A DNA stretch of 32,137 bases. Source: Sphaeroforma arctica JP610 (lineage: Eukaryota). Location of the stretch: assembly GCF_001186125.1 (NCBI RefSeq), contig NW_014040189.1:49627-81763 (forward strand), read 5' to 3'. The notes beneath the pieces were generated by a model that made no database searches, was not told the origin of the DNA, and saw nothing but the letters and a program-made list of their open reading frames with translations. This document shows, one piece after another, positions 10,606-23,668 of the stretch. How positions within the stretch are numbered: the first letter of the stretch is position 1; each line of letters starts with the position of its first letter. A program made the translations under genes and the position numbers.

Positions 10606-12482
10606 TAAACAACTCTTGTGCTAACTATGTAAACAACTGTGTACTATGTAAATTACTATAAAGTTGTTAAATACACCGGTAGCAGTATTCTTGCCGTACT
10701 TTTCTAAGTGCACACCGGAGTGTTTTTGTTTGTTGACCGGCGGTTGCAAGTCATCTACCAACGGACGCTACTTTTACTATAAAGTTGGCCTTACAGCATG
10801 ATATCGACTGAGGTGCAAGCACAGTCCTAAACTACAGCATAATGGCTTGTTACGTGGACCGGTCCAGACTTTCGTTGAACCGGATTCCAGTATATCATTG
10901 GTTGACAGACAATAGTTTCGTTTTTTCGTACTTACATAAAAATTATACGTCCAATGAATAAATGATATACCTTATTATTTTATTTTTCAACCAATCAATA
11001 AGTAGTCTATGCACTACGCTGGAAGAAAAATACAAAGCTAGAAAAACTCTCTCAGCCAATGGCCTGTCAGTATTTAAAGACTCAAGGGGTAAGGTATCGG
11101 GAGGTACTTTGTCAAAACATTAGTTCGGATCTGTATTTCAGTCGAGAGAACTACTACTCTAGAGTAGAGAGTGAGCGAGAGACCTCACTGAAGCTCAGAG
11201 TCTCAGACAGCTCAGACTCTCAGTGCTTACCCCTTAGGCCTTAGTCTGTCTATACCACCAGGTAACCAGGTCTATACTCTATCACGCGCGATATTTTTAC
11301 AGTCTTCAGCTCATAGTCATTCTTCGACCGAGACGTGCACCCGTGCGGGCGGTGCGACTGCATTCAGGGATGTTAAGTGGACAGAAAGTTTAAATTTCGT
11401 GTCTGTGGTCTGGACGACCATTCAGATTTCTGGACAAAGTACAAAAAAATACTGGACGGACGGACGTATCACGTACTTGTCGTCAGTTGTTTTTTTTCAA
11501 AGCCCTACTTTAGAGAACCAAGGCGTAAAGTCGTAAACCCATCAAACCCTATTTTCAAAGTATTTGTACAGAAGTTCTTCATTCATACTTATTTTATTTT
11601 GTTGTCTCAAAATAAAAGATCCGATTTGGTACACGCCCTAAATATTCATATCCATCTGATGTGATGTCACTTACAATTGCACAGTCACCCTCATCACTCG
11701 TGACTTTTTTTAGGAATATGTAATTTTTTAAGTTTTTTAGGTGTAAATACATATTCATTTTTCGAGTCGCATTCTCGAGTTTCTCCGTACCTGGCCTCGG
11801 AGCCTCCTTTTTTATATTTTTAAAGTTAAAAAAAACAGACTCGCAAAGAAATATACAAAAGTAATTCTAATTTTTCAAAATAGTTTTAAATACATACCGT
11901 CTACGGGCTACGGCCCATCAGGTATTTCAAAATATTATTTATGTTGTGCATCACGTCATATCGTATGCTGTTTATAAAAAAGAAAGAAAAAAAAACAGAA
12001 TATCGACTCAGGCTTCAGGGCCGCAGGGCTCAGGCTCCTAATCCTCTGATTCCTAGATTGCAATATAAATACAAAGAGACCTGATAGCACTATGTATATT
12101 TTTCTTAAATACACACAGTACATAATGTTTTTGTTTTAAAAAAAAACATAACCTTCTGTCTAATTTTCTTTTTTTTAAAGGGCTATGCTCAAAATCCTGT
12201 TTAATTTTCAGAAGGCTATGAAAATTTAAAATAGGACAACAGAATAATAAATTAAAAATAAATAAAACACCAATATGTAACTGAATCGTAAATATTTATG
12301 CATTTTCGGGAAAAAGAAAAAAGAACAAAACCAAATGATAATATTTTATATATAAAAATGTTGTTTTTTAAAAACAAACGTACTTGAAAAAAGCCACTCC
12401 TCTTCTTCTTCTTGGACTTAAATTCGCTGTAAGTTTTAAAACAAGTTTTTTTTGTTCTTTTGATAACAATATAAATGGTTTG

Positions 12483-12651
12483 TCACGGCATTTTTTAATA
12501 TTTTTTATCTCAGCCTCTCAAGTCTCAACTTCAAGTCTCAGGTCTGAGGGCTGAGGCCTCCGGGCTCACGGCATTTTTTAATATTTTTTATCTCAGCCTC
12601 TCAAGTCTCAACTTCAAGTCTCAGGTCTGAGGGCTGAGGCCTCCGGGCTCA
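12483..12651. repeat. Perfect 83-bp tandem duplication
   Basis: tcacggcatttttta...gcctccgggc at 12483-12565 and 12566-12648, with tca microhomology at the junctions. Confidence 0.95.
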
Positions 12652-13458
12652 GGGTGACTGGAAGTCAGGAGTCTCAGGAGTCAGGGACTCAGGACTCGTT
12701 GAATTTTAAAAGTTGAACTTATAGTAAAATGTTTAACGGAATATTCTTTAGCGTTGCAATGTATAGTGGTATAATTTGACCTATATATTGTGACCAAATT
12801 TATGCACCTATTCTATAAAAGCTTTTTAGTCTCGATTTTTGATATCAGTATGTATTGTCAGGACAAATTTAAAATTTATTACATAAATAGTATGTATGGC
12901 CTATAAGTTTTGATTCAGGTCTTCAGGATTGCAAACAGGCTGACTGAAAAAGTACAAAAGGCTTTTGACGCCACCCACTGAGTTTAGACCAAAGGTCAAA
13001 AGTGACCACTGATGACTGACCACCGGGACCAGTCACCATTGGCGACTGGCGAGTAACAATCTTCACTCAATTTTAGCACCTGAGTGGCTGACTGGACCTG
13101 GGCCATAATGGTTTTTTTAAATTTTAGTGCAATGATAAAGTTTTCAGAGATAGCATGCACCACTTATCTTTTAACCAATCGACGACAATGGGATTGCCAA
13201 GGAGTAAACATCAAATATCACTTCTTTTCTATTTTTCTTCTATATAGTACTATTTTTCAAAATAATATCGTCCTCAGTAACATTTTTTCTTTTCTTTCCA
13301 AAGTCTTTCTAATTTTTCCAAAAACAATTGTACTGTATGATACATACATATACGACAGTACTGGCAGCAATTTTAAACACTTTTGTACTCGTGTGATAAA
13401 CACAACATCTCGTTCATATTGTAAATATAAAAAGAACAAAATTTCATTTTAAACTATC

Positions 13459-13800
13459 ATGAAAAACGTATTAACTCTTATAGCCGCTATTTGTGCGATA
13501 CATATCAACGCATCGCCCACTTCCAGGCAAGAACGCCAGGCCGAGGCCGGATGCAGATGGGACAATGGGAACGAAGTCTTCGGTCTAGGAACGTTGCATA
13601 CTGATGATGCAGGGACGCTTGTCTGTGAATGTATGCAAATCGGAGACGAGCCATACGGCGCATGGGAATGTGTGGATACAGAGCAGGTTGCTGCTGTGGT
13701 GGCAAAGAGTGAGTTCACTGATGAAGAAGGTCAGGTGGATAGTCAGACTCACTTGGATGCGATCGTGAAAGATGTGCAGGACGGTGATAAGAGCTCTTGA
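13459..13800 (+). CDS. Small secreted protein (113 aa): signal peptide, four-cysteine module, acidic tail
   Basis: ATG in A-rich context. MKNVLTLIAAICAIHINA-SP looks like a signal peptide. GC content rises sharply over the upstream DNA. Mature region contains C...CEC...WEC. A 3' intron cannot be excluded. Confidence 0.7.
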   Translation: MKNVLTLIAAICAIHINASPTSRQERQAEAGCRWDNGNEVFGLGTLHTDDAGTLVCECMQIGDEPYGAWECVDTEQVAAVVAKSEFTDEEGQVDSQTHLDAIVKDVQDGDKSS

Positions 13801-15043
13801 ATTGTGCGCTAGTTTACGCGCTTGCACTACAATTTACGAGGTGGTGAGACAGTCCGTCTAAGATCAAGTTTACGTACACCAGAAAAGCACATTTGGTTGC
13901 GAGTGGCCAAAAAAAGGCCCAGACCGGAGGAGATACTCTCAGCATCTGTTTCGCTTGTCCGAAGCTAGCAGAATAACATTGCTCGGCTGTATTCTCGGGA
14001 ATTGGACATCTTGACGCCAATTGTTAAACTTTAAAGGCGCGATACACACGTTAAACGTCGTCAGATGACATGATTGTGTCTTTAACTATCGCTTCAAGAA
14101 TCATGACTATTAAGTCGTCGATCAGTGGTGCGTACCGAATGTTCAGATTTAGTACATTCCTTTATACCAAACAAATCTTAGACTTAGTGTATACGTACAT
14201 ATAACGAAATAAAATTTAGAATTAGTGTATATATCCATGAATATTGTGGCGAGATGCTCTACAAACACCCGCATGCTGTTCACAGTTGATGGAAAAAATC
14301 GATTTTTCAGTGCATACCACGAATCGTCGTTTCCATGTCGTACAGCAATGTTGTGTGGCAGCGTGTGGTGCGAAATATCAATTAAGGATGGTCTGTTTGC
14401 GAGAGCCAAATAGGCTGTGCTTATCCATACGAATGAGAAATAGTTGCGCGAATAGCTATAATTAAAAAATTGGTCTAAAATATTTTTGTCGGATTTGAAT
14501 AGAATACACAATGTGACAGAACCACACCCTCCTACCAAGCCAGGTGAACAGGCCGGTTTCGAGTATTCACATATTCATTAATATAGTCAATATGTCAGTG
14601 TCAAGATCTATCATACTTGTAGTACAAATCTTAGGTCCAATTGCACCGAACAGAAGCCAATTAAGATCCGTGACGGTCGCCAGTTTCACGCAACATGTAA
14701 CCAATAGGTACAAGGGGAAAATATGCGTCAAACCGACAGGGATGTGCGTGCCTCAGCAGATTAAAGTTCGTGAAAAACCTCGAGAGTTCAGGTCACTCAG
14801 TGAACTTACGCTAATACCGCACTTGCGATTAAACACTCCGCAAGTGCGATAGACTACGATTATACAGTAGCCCGAACTATGTAAGACATGCATATGAAGA
14901 GCGCGGCTACTTAAACGCTTACATACTTTGCAGCCAAGCACACTGCAAGGCAACGCTTGCGATTCAGCTAGCACACTACAGAATCACGCAGGTTTCTACT
15001 ACTTTATTGCACCCTTAATCTAAATTATCACCATTTTTGTCAG

Positions 15044-18000
15044 TTACTTGCGCTCGTAACTGATAGGACGCACAGAGCAGAACAGGTCGATTTCCGCATC
15101 TGTCACAGTGGCACGGCGCTGTACAGTAACAAACGGAGGGCTTTGCATATGAGATAGTTTGTGCACGCAATGGGAAAGAAGTATGCGAGAAGGAGGTATG
15201 CGTGCACAAAGAGAAGTGTGTGTACTTGGGTGTGTACCAATGAATACACCGAGTGTGTATGCAATCTCGCTGTGGGTGGAGGCGGACGAGTTGTTACCCG
15301 TGACCTCTACAAATACGATTATACCACATACAGCCTGCATCGTCCGAGCACACTCACACATCTACAACACTTCCAGTCTGTAGCTTCCGGTTGCACGTGC
15401 ATAAAACTACACACGGTCTGTAGCTGCAGGGCACAGTCATACACAGCCACACCACTTACCGCCTGTAGTTTCTGGGTGAACTCCACTAGCACTTCAATGA
15501 GCTTATCCTTGACCTCGCTCGTAAGCATTTCCCCGGAGGAGTACCTGTCATGGATGGTCCTCAGCTCCACATCGTCATCGAGGAAGAAGGTCAAGTACTG
15601 GTATGCTACATCCACCTCACAATCCCCACCCTGAGTGTGAATTTTTTTTATGGTTTTATATGGTTAATGAGAGAAGCCAAGAAAGTGGCAACTTCTGAAT
15701 GGTGGGGGCATACGATTGGTCAGTTGGGGTTTTCGATAGTTTGCAGGTCAGTCGCAAACAAGCTCGCTTTTCGCATCATATCTGACACGTGCAAAGACTG
15801 CCGATGATTATTTGCATGAACCATGATACATATCGCCGTAGTGATTTGTAAAAGCTGTCTACAGAATACCACCCGTCAGACCTGTGCACATGCATCGTTA
15901 TAAGCGATCGCGTGGTAGGAATACACCCACACCTTGGATCTACGGGCAAACCGCACGAAGACTGCCCATCTGGACGAAGGTTACGCGTATGTATCGGTAA
16001 ATATGATAACCAAAGTTGACACTGTTGCACAGATAGGGCACACACCTTCTCACGATGTTCCTCAAGGGTCTCTCGACCTCCACTGAACGCATATTTCTTC
16101 ACCTGTAAGCATGGAAAGAGGGTTGAAATCAGTGACTGCAAGCCCAATACACATGCATGTTCTCACATAATTATAACACAGCTCTAATATCTGACATAGT
16201 ACGTCCACATGGTCCGGGCAGTACCTTCTTGGCGATCTGCTTAGGCGTGTCACAAGTGAAAATAGCGGACGTGTCCACACTCGCACTCATCTTCGATCCA
16301 GCGCCTTGGAGTGCCGGGAAGAACTTGGAGTATATGGTGCAGCACTTCTTGTACTTTAACCCGCCCGCAATGTTCCTGGTGAGTCTGAAGTAGGGATCCT
16401 GCGTGATAACGTAACCATGGCAACCGATATCAATGACAATGAGGTCTGATGGGAATAGATTTCATAGATTGCTTGCGATGTAGTGGGCTTTGTGCCTAAC
16501 GAAACAGGCTGTCAGATTCTACTATAGAATCTCCCCTCTTCGCCAGCTAACATCTTACAAGCAAGACGGTTCGATGAAATGGAGACGAATTCATGATCTC
16601 AAACGGGCACATGGGCGCGAAACGTCACCATACGCAATACTAAGACAATGTTCTAGGCCAACCAACAACTCGCTTCTTACGTATAGGGTATGCTTGGTAG
16701 GTGCGGGCGTGCGCAGTCACTGAACCACATACACCCACTGACCTGATCGATCGCGGCCGGGATTAAGCAGGGAATGTCCTTCTTAGTCCCAAAGATGTGA
16801 GGGAAGGTGTTGCTGAAGCACGGCACCATCTGCACGGGCGGGAAGGCTACTTTGCCGACAATTGTTCTGTAGAGATGTGATAATTATTGAGTTGAATCTT
16901 TTAAACGAGCGAGCACGCGCACATTTGCAACCCACATGCTGATCTGGTACTGCTGCAATTGGTGTACAATATACATGTCCGACTAAACAACACATAACAT
17001 CAGTGTGTGCAAGTCGAGCGTTATAACATTCAATCTCCACGATCGTACATACGTGTCATCGAAGCCGAAAGTGTTGTTTAACTGATTGATGTTGATCTTC
17101 TTGTTGACCTCGAGAATGTTAGGGTAAAGATATTGAATGTATTCCATATTCGAGAAGATGAACGTTTTGTCGGGGTTGAAGCCAACGGAGATGATATCCT
17201 TGACATTCTCACGCATGAAGCGCTTGGAGTCAACCAGACTCTGGTCCTTGAACAAGAACTTCTCGTCATCTGCAAGAACCGAGGAACCCGGTAGGGTATG
17301 AGAGCACATACTTCCTTGTTAATGTATTTGCTGAAGTGCGGTGTACTATATTATCGTATCATGTTCCGGCGTGGGATAGTGTAGTTGACCATAGCACCCC
17401 ATATAGATGTCAGTCCACAGCGAGTAAAACATTTGCCCGACTTGCAATCGAATAAGGGGTGTATCCGCATATAGGAGTCACCAGGACCGGTCCACAGTCA
17501 AGGTCAAGTAATCATGCACCCACAGATAGCGTTCAGCCGTGTGGGAAGCTTATCAATTGGGACCTGCCTGTTAGAAGGAACGCAGCACAGCACAAACAAT
17601 ACCAATACAAAAGGATGGCACTGGGTAGCACAAACACAGTCACGGCACACCAACAGTCTGCACACACCACAAAGCACTATAAACCATTGGCCTGGCACGA
17701 CTGCAGCACGTGCTCACAAACACATTGACAGCGGTAGCGTGCGACAACCCCGAGTTCTGATCAATCCAGACAATACCAACGGTACCTATGTCCATCTACA
17801 GCGCATCTATACGCTTCCTATTAGCTGTCACTCCCGCGGGCTCGTAACCATACGGAAGGGAACGCTCACATACCAGTCATCTGGATTACAATAGGCACAT
17901 CGAACACCTCTTGCAGGTACTGGCAGAAGATGAACGGCACCATATGACCCATGTGGAGTGCATCTGTACAATGAGACATTGAGGGTGTCAGGAAGTACGC

Positions 18001-19015
18001 ATGCAGAGTGTCTAACGCTAGATTCTCCTATGATGCATGAAGCGACAGGTTATAGGATCATATAGCTGCAGCAACAGTGCACCCTGCTATTGCGGCCAAG
18101 AGATATCATCCATACCCGAGCTCGGGCCACGACCGGTATACAGGTAGAAAGGCTTTTTCTTCTCGTAGAGGTCTAGAATCTTGTCGAACTCACTGGTTGT
18201 ATGCGAAAGAAGCAACAATACGGTTAGAATGTCAACAAAGGCGATGGAGTTGTCGAACACTGTCCAACCGACTCTCGGCCTATGAATTTTAACAGGAAAT
18301 GAATATAGCTACCACGCCCTCACAACTCTGTCCCCTCCTCCTCCCCCTCCTTTCCATTGTATACGGCAGCCAATTCCATCTAAGCGTGATCGAGTCATTT
18401 ATACACACGTCAGGTCTAGGGTAAGATCATATATCTGCGTAAATGATCCTACAAGTGTGCGTGCACCCGTGTTCTCAAAGACTACTCACCGATGGGCGTA
18501 GAACATTCCGCGTCGAAGCATCATGTGTGCCTTGCGTCCAGTCAACTGCTCGAACCGTTCGATGAGCGACTGGGGCAGAGGACTGCAGCCGAACGTGTCA
18601 ATGAGTTTGTTGTAATCGACGCCCTGTAGTATGATGTAAGGTGTATACATGAGCTTACTTGCCCGGTACATAGACACTTCATGCGATACCGATGTGAGGC
18701 CGCTTACTTGATATTCACACGTGAATGTGTATAAGCAAGCACAAATAGATATATAACCCGTACGATTTGGCAAACTTACAACCCTTACATCCAATTTTGA
18801 GTGGATGAGAAAACTTACACACATATGTATGTATATGGATACGTAACGAGCTTATTGAAATATAGTCCGCAGTTGTAATTAAATTCAAAAATGTGTATTA
18901 GTAAAGTAGATATATATCTATCTATGCACATATGTAAACTGGTATATAGATATACACCTACAATGCATATACATAAATTTATACATATTTATACATGTAC
19001 GGTATATATATACAA

Positions 19016-19111
<96 letters not shown>

Positions 19112-19125
19112 GACTATAATATATT

Positions 19126-19177
<52 letters not shown>

Positions 19178-20111
19178 CGTACATACATACAGACATACAT
19201 ACATACATACAGTACATACATACATACATACATACATAATATATATATATATATGTGCGTGTGTGTGTGCGTGTGTGTATCGGACTGAGCTGATGCGTAT
19301 TATTGAGTTAATAAATACACACGCAATCATAACTCCGCGCAGATAAAAAAATATACTCTACAACTAATAACATTGAATGGCTTAAACAGTTCAGGCACAT
19401 TCTTCAAATATAATCCGCACTAATTATCACACACATACCTGTTGTACTCCGTCAACCACAGCACCTTGCACATCCCAAGGCGTTATTTTCTGGCTGCCTT
19501 TATCTTCCTCAGCCTTTTCTGACTTGTGGGCTGCGAGATCTGCCTTCCGTTTCTTGAGTTCGTCTACAGCCGCAGTTATTTCATCTTTGCTTGCTCCGTT
19601 CTCTTTGAGTTTGCGCACTAATAATAAAAAATTCACACAAACAACACACCAGATCAGCTACGCTGCAACACTGAATATGTACTTGTCTGCCGGGTGGTCG
19701 ATTGAAAAAAAGAAAACAACCTGCAGTAGATTCAAGCGACGTAGAAATTACTTCGCAGTTCAACGGGTTAATCCTTGATGCGTATATCAAGAAATCAGTA
19801 CAGGCGCATGGAAAGTGTTTGCAACATATATTCACTGGAGTGTCGCTGTGCTTGCCTCCCATCTCGACACACATCAAATACATACCTTGTATGTCGACAC
19901 ACAACTCATACTGAACACCTGCATGTGGAGCAACACACAGAATATACTCGACTTTGCACCATAACACAAGGACTTCTTTTTATGCTATTGGAGCGCGATG
20001 AACAAAAGTGTCAGGTGTACAGGTGAAGCAACGGTGCAGTTTACCGGCTTGAGCTTGTGTTTCAACAGCGGCATCGAGATCACGCACAGCTTGGGTTGCA
20101 GAGGCAGCCAT
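15044..20111 (-). CDS. WARS1: Cytosolic tryptophanyl-tRNA synthetase with N-terminal WHEP domain, 11 exons
   Basis: Phase-consistent GT-AG exons: 20111-20045, 19617-19439, 18623-18490, 18192-18116, 17963-17874, 17269-17053, 16866-16743, 16398-16225, 16102-16046, 15630-15460, 15118-15044. Motifs: [24 protein letters not shown] (HIGH), [26 protein letters not shown] (KMSKS), KYAFSGG. Confidence 0.97.
18995..19280. repeat. Compound microsatellite (CA)n/(TA)n/(TACA)n/(TG)n in TrpRS intron 2
   Basis: Directly visible simple repeats. Confidence 0.95.
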
Positions 20112-21321
20112 TCTAATTGATTGTTGTGTAACGGAGTGACAAACGGGTGTCTGTTCTGCGTTAGGTGTATATAGATAGCGCAGGTGCTTGGTGTGTGTAG
20201 TATCTATATGTTATATTCAAGAAGTATATAAATACGAATCTGATATCGGGAAGCTGTGGACCTGCCAATCTACCGTCGGCCTTCTACATAACGTTTATTG
20301 TTGAAAAGGATTCACTTTCCACTCGAAAACTCCAGTTCCCCACATGAGTCCATGGCCCAGTAAATCCCGACGGTGTAATTACATAGAACGGCACGAAGGT
20401 TCGACTTAAAAAAACCCCAAAAACCCAATCGAGTACAAAACGTTTGAACGCGAAATGAACTTTTCAAGTTTCAACGCATATTTTTATATTGGTGACCGGG
20501 TGTGACGCTGTGACTGTCAGCCACACAGGGGCGAGCGTGTCTTCTGTCTTTCCCAAATCCAAAATACAACACGAGCAATTGGTGTATTTATCAACAAGTT
20601 TAAAACGCCGCTACCTAAAATTGCACAGTCGGCAACACCTCCAGGGCTAGCGTGCTTTTGAGATACTCGTGACAGATGAACTTGTGGATATACAACCACA
20701 AGCTGTGACTTGGAACAGGCGGCCACGCCTGAGATTTGAGCAAGCGGAATTCCCGTGCTCTCGAGCTTTATAAATATATACATCTATCACATTATGATCG
20801 ATAACAAGCGCATGTTCGTAACTGCGCTAAATGTAACTTTCGACCCATGCAGCCCTGAATGTTCAGCAAAGCATGTAATAAAGCATAAGCGAGAAGTAGT
20901 ACCAACAACCCCGATGGAGTGCAAGTTCAAATTTTATCCTCGAGCCTCGCTAGTGCATTCAATATAATATCTGCCGCTCACAATTCATCACTTTAAATGG
21001 GGAAGATCGCTCACGTGAACAGAAACTTATGAGATTATCCTTGAATGCGGCAAAGACAATATTGGATTTTTAACAACTCGTCGAATGCTATATATATCAA
21101 ATCTGAAAGTCAGTCTATAGGGGATAATTCTTTGTTGCCCATACACTAGCAATGTTGTAAGTAACGACTAACAAATCGACACGAGATTTTCCCATTTTTG
21201 CTGAAAATATATATGGAATACACTTCTTCTTATACTACAATACTAGACTACAGCCCTCAGGACAACGAAGCAAGGAATCAGTACTGTGTCATAGTTTTAC
21301 CTAAATCTTGTGGAAGATACG

Positions 21322-23630
21322 CTAAATCGTGTAGATGTCTACTAAACAATCCAGTAGATCCGCCACACGTGTCTGCTCTGTTTGACTGAGGTCTGTTGCA
21401 CCCGCGGATGCCAGCCAGGAACGTCTGGCCACAAGCATATCGCTTTGTACGGCATACCTGGTATTCACACACACGTTTCGTATCTCCTGAGATATAGCCT
21501 CATGCTTTGCTTTGACATTCCCAACCGTAGCGGACAGTGTGCTACTATCCTGAAGTTCGCCGAACTCTGTGGTGACACTCTCTACGACACCTCGTTTACA
21601 AGACAGTGTCAGCGCAGCAGTTCCCCATGGAAATACGCGGCGTACTTGTTGAGTGAATTGTGGTGTTTGGCCATACTGCCAGTCCCAGCCAACCAGCGTA
21701 TCACGATACTGCTTGCACCACTCACCTACAGCCATGTCCGTCTCAGGATTTATTTCTTCGGGCTGGTGAGTAGTACTTGAAACAGATTGGTGTACTGTCG
21801 TACTTCCAACATCATTTGAGTTTACATTACCGCGTTCTCCCTCAGAGTTATAGCTATTTACCTCATTCCCACTGAGGCCACCCTCGAGCACGTGTTGGCC
21901 CAATTCGCGAGTTATACTGTCTATGACAGCGTCGATGGTCAGACTCCCATCTCCAGGCATATGGTCACACAACGCCGACACAGGTGATCGCACACTCGAC
22001 ACCCCTCTACTATCTACGATGCCTTCTCTATCAGAATGCAAGTACTTGCCCACACTCTTGATGTCTGTGGTGGTGAGAAGGGTGCAATGGTGATAGGCGC
22101 ATCTCCCGCCCAATTTATACGCGGAGCCGGACACCTTCTTGCCATTAATGGCCAGGTCATTGCGGTCGTTCACATACACGCCCAGTTTAAAATCCCGGTT
22201 GAGCGCTGTGGCGATGACTCGAGTTAGCCTGTGTTTAGTGTAGGCGTCACGTCCTGTCACGAGTGATATATTCAGATTGCCACTATCGTGGTATACTGTG
22301 CCCCCACCGCTCTTTCGGCGCACAAAGTGGACGTGGTCTCTGTGCATTCCGCTGACGTCACATTCGGTCCAGGGGTTTTGGTTTCGGCCGATCACAACCG
22401 AAGGCTCATCGACCCAAAACAGGAGAACGCAACTATCCGATTGCATGTCGTCTGTGTAATATAGATGAAAGAAACATATTCGATCGTAAAAAATTAATGC
22501 ATCGTTGGACATTGTGAAAGCATATGTACATGCTTGTTTAAGAGCGCAAATACATGTTGTACATAATGATATATAAATAATGATACAAAAAAAATTCCCT
22601 GTATCTAAATGGATGAATTTGAGAGTCGCGTATTTAAGAAGGAAGGCTACACATCATGCAGACTTGAAAATTAAAATATGCAAGCTACTTTTATCGAGAT
22701 ATCACTGCGGCACTCTTTATATGCTCACTCACTCACAAAAATGAATATATATATATATATATATGNNNNNNNNNNNNNNNNNNNNNNNNNNNNNNNNNNN
22801 NNNNNNNNNNNNNNNNNNNNNNNNNNNNNNNNNNNNNNNNNNNNNNNNNNNNNNNNNNNNNNNNNNNNNNNNNNNNNNNNNNNNNNNNNNNNNNNNNNNN
22901 NNNNNNNNNNNNNNNNNNNNNNNNNNNNNNNNNNNNNNNNNNNNNNNNNNNNNNNNNNNNNNNNNNNNNNNNNNNNNNNNNNNNNNNNNNNNNNNNNNNN
23001 NNNNNNNNNNNNNNNNNNNNNNNNNNNNNNNNNNNNNNNNNNNNNNNNNNNNNNNNNNNNNNNNNNNNNNNNNNNNNNNNNNNNNNNNNNNNNNNNNNNN
23101 NNNNNNNNNNNNNNNNNNNNNNNNNNNNNNNNNNNNNNNNNNNNNNNNNNNNNNNNNNNNNNNNNNNNNNNNNNNNNNNNNNNNNNNNNNNNNNNNNNNN
23201 NNNNNNNNNNNNNNNNNNNNNNNNNNNNNNNNNNNNNNNNNNNNNNNNNNNNNNNNNNNNNNNNNNNNNNNNNNNNNNNNNNNNNNNNNNNNNNNNNNNN
23301 NNNNNNNNNNNNNNNNNNNNNNNNNNNNNNNNNNNNNNNNNNNNNNNNNNNNNNNNNNNNNNNNNNNNNNNNNNNNNNNNNNNNNNNNNNNNNNNNNNNN
23401 NNNNNNNNNNNNNNNNNNNNNNNNNNNNNNNNNNNNNNNNNNNNNNNNNNNNNNNNNNNNNNNNNNNNNNNNNNNNNNNNNNNNNNNNNNNNNNNNNNNN
23501 NNNNNNNNNNNNNNNNNNNNNNNNNNNNNNNNNNNNNNNNNNNNNNNNNNNNNNNNNNNNNNNNNNNNNNNNNNNNNNNNNNNNNNNNNNNNNNNNNNNN
23601 NNNNNNNNNNNNNNNNNNNNNNNNNNNNNN

Positions 23631-23668
<38 letters not shown>

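Noticed and set aside
11366..11664. hAT-like TIR start (CAGGGATG) and the 95-aa ORF following it
   Set aside because: No matching inverted terminus or 8-bp TSD found, and the ORF has no transposase motif.
18891..19330. YI/HT/CV-rich ORFs (also at 9-275 and 25725-26006)
   Set aside because: Translations of (TA)n/(CA)n microsatellites.
20385..20415. tRNA-like GGTTCGA T-loop word upstream of TrpRS
   Set aside because: No acceptor stem, D-arm or anticodon arm can be folded around it.
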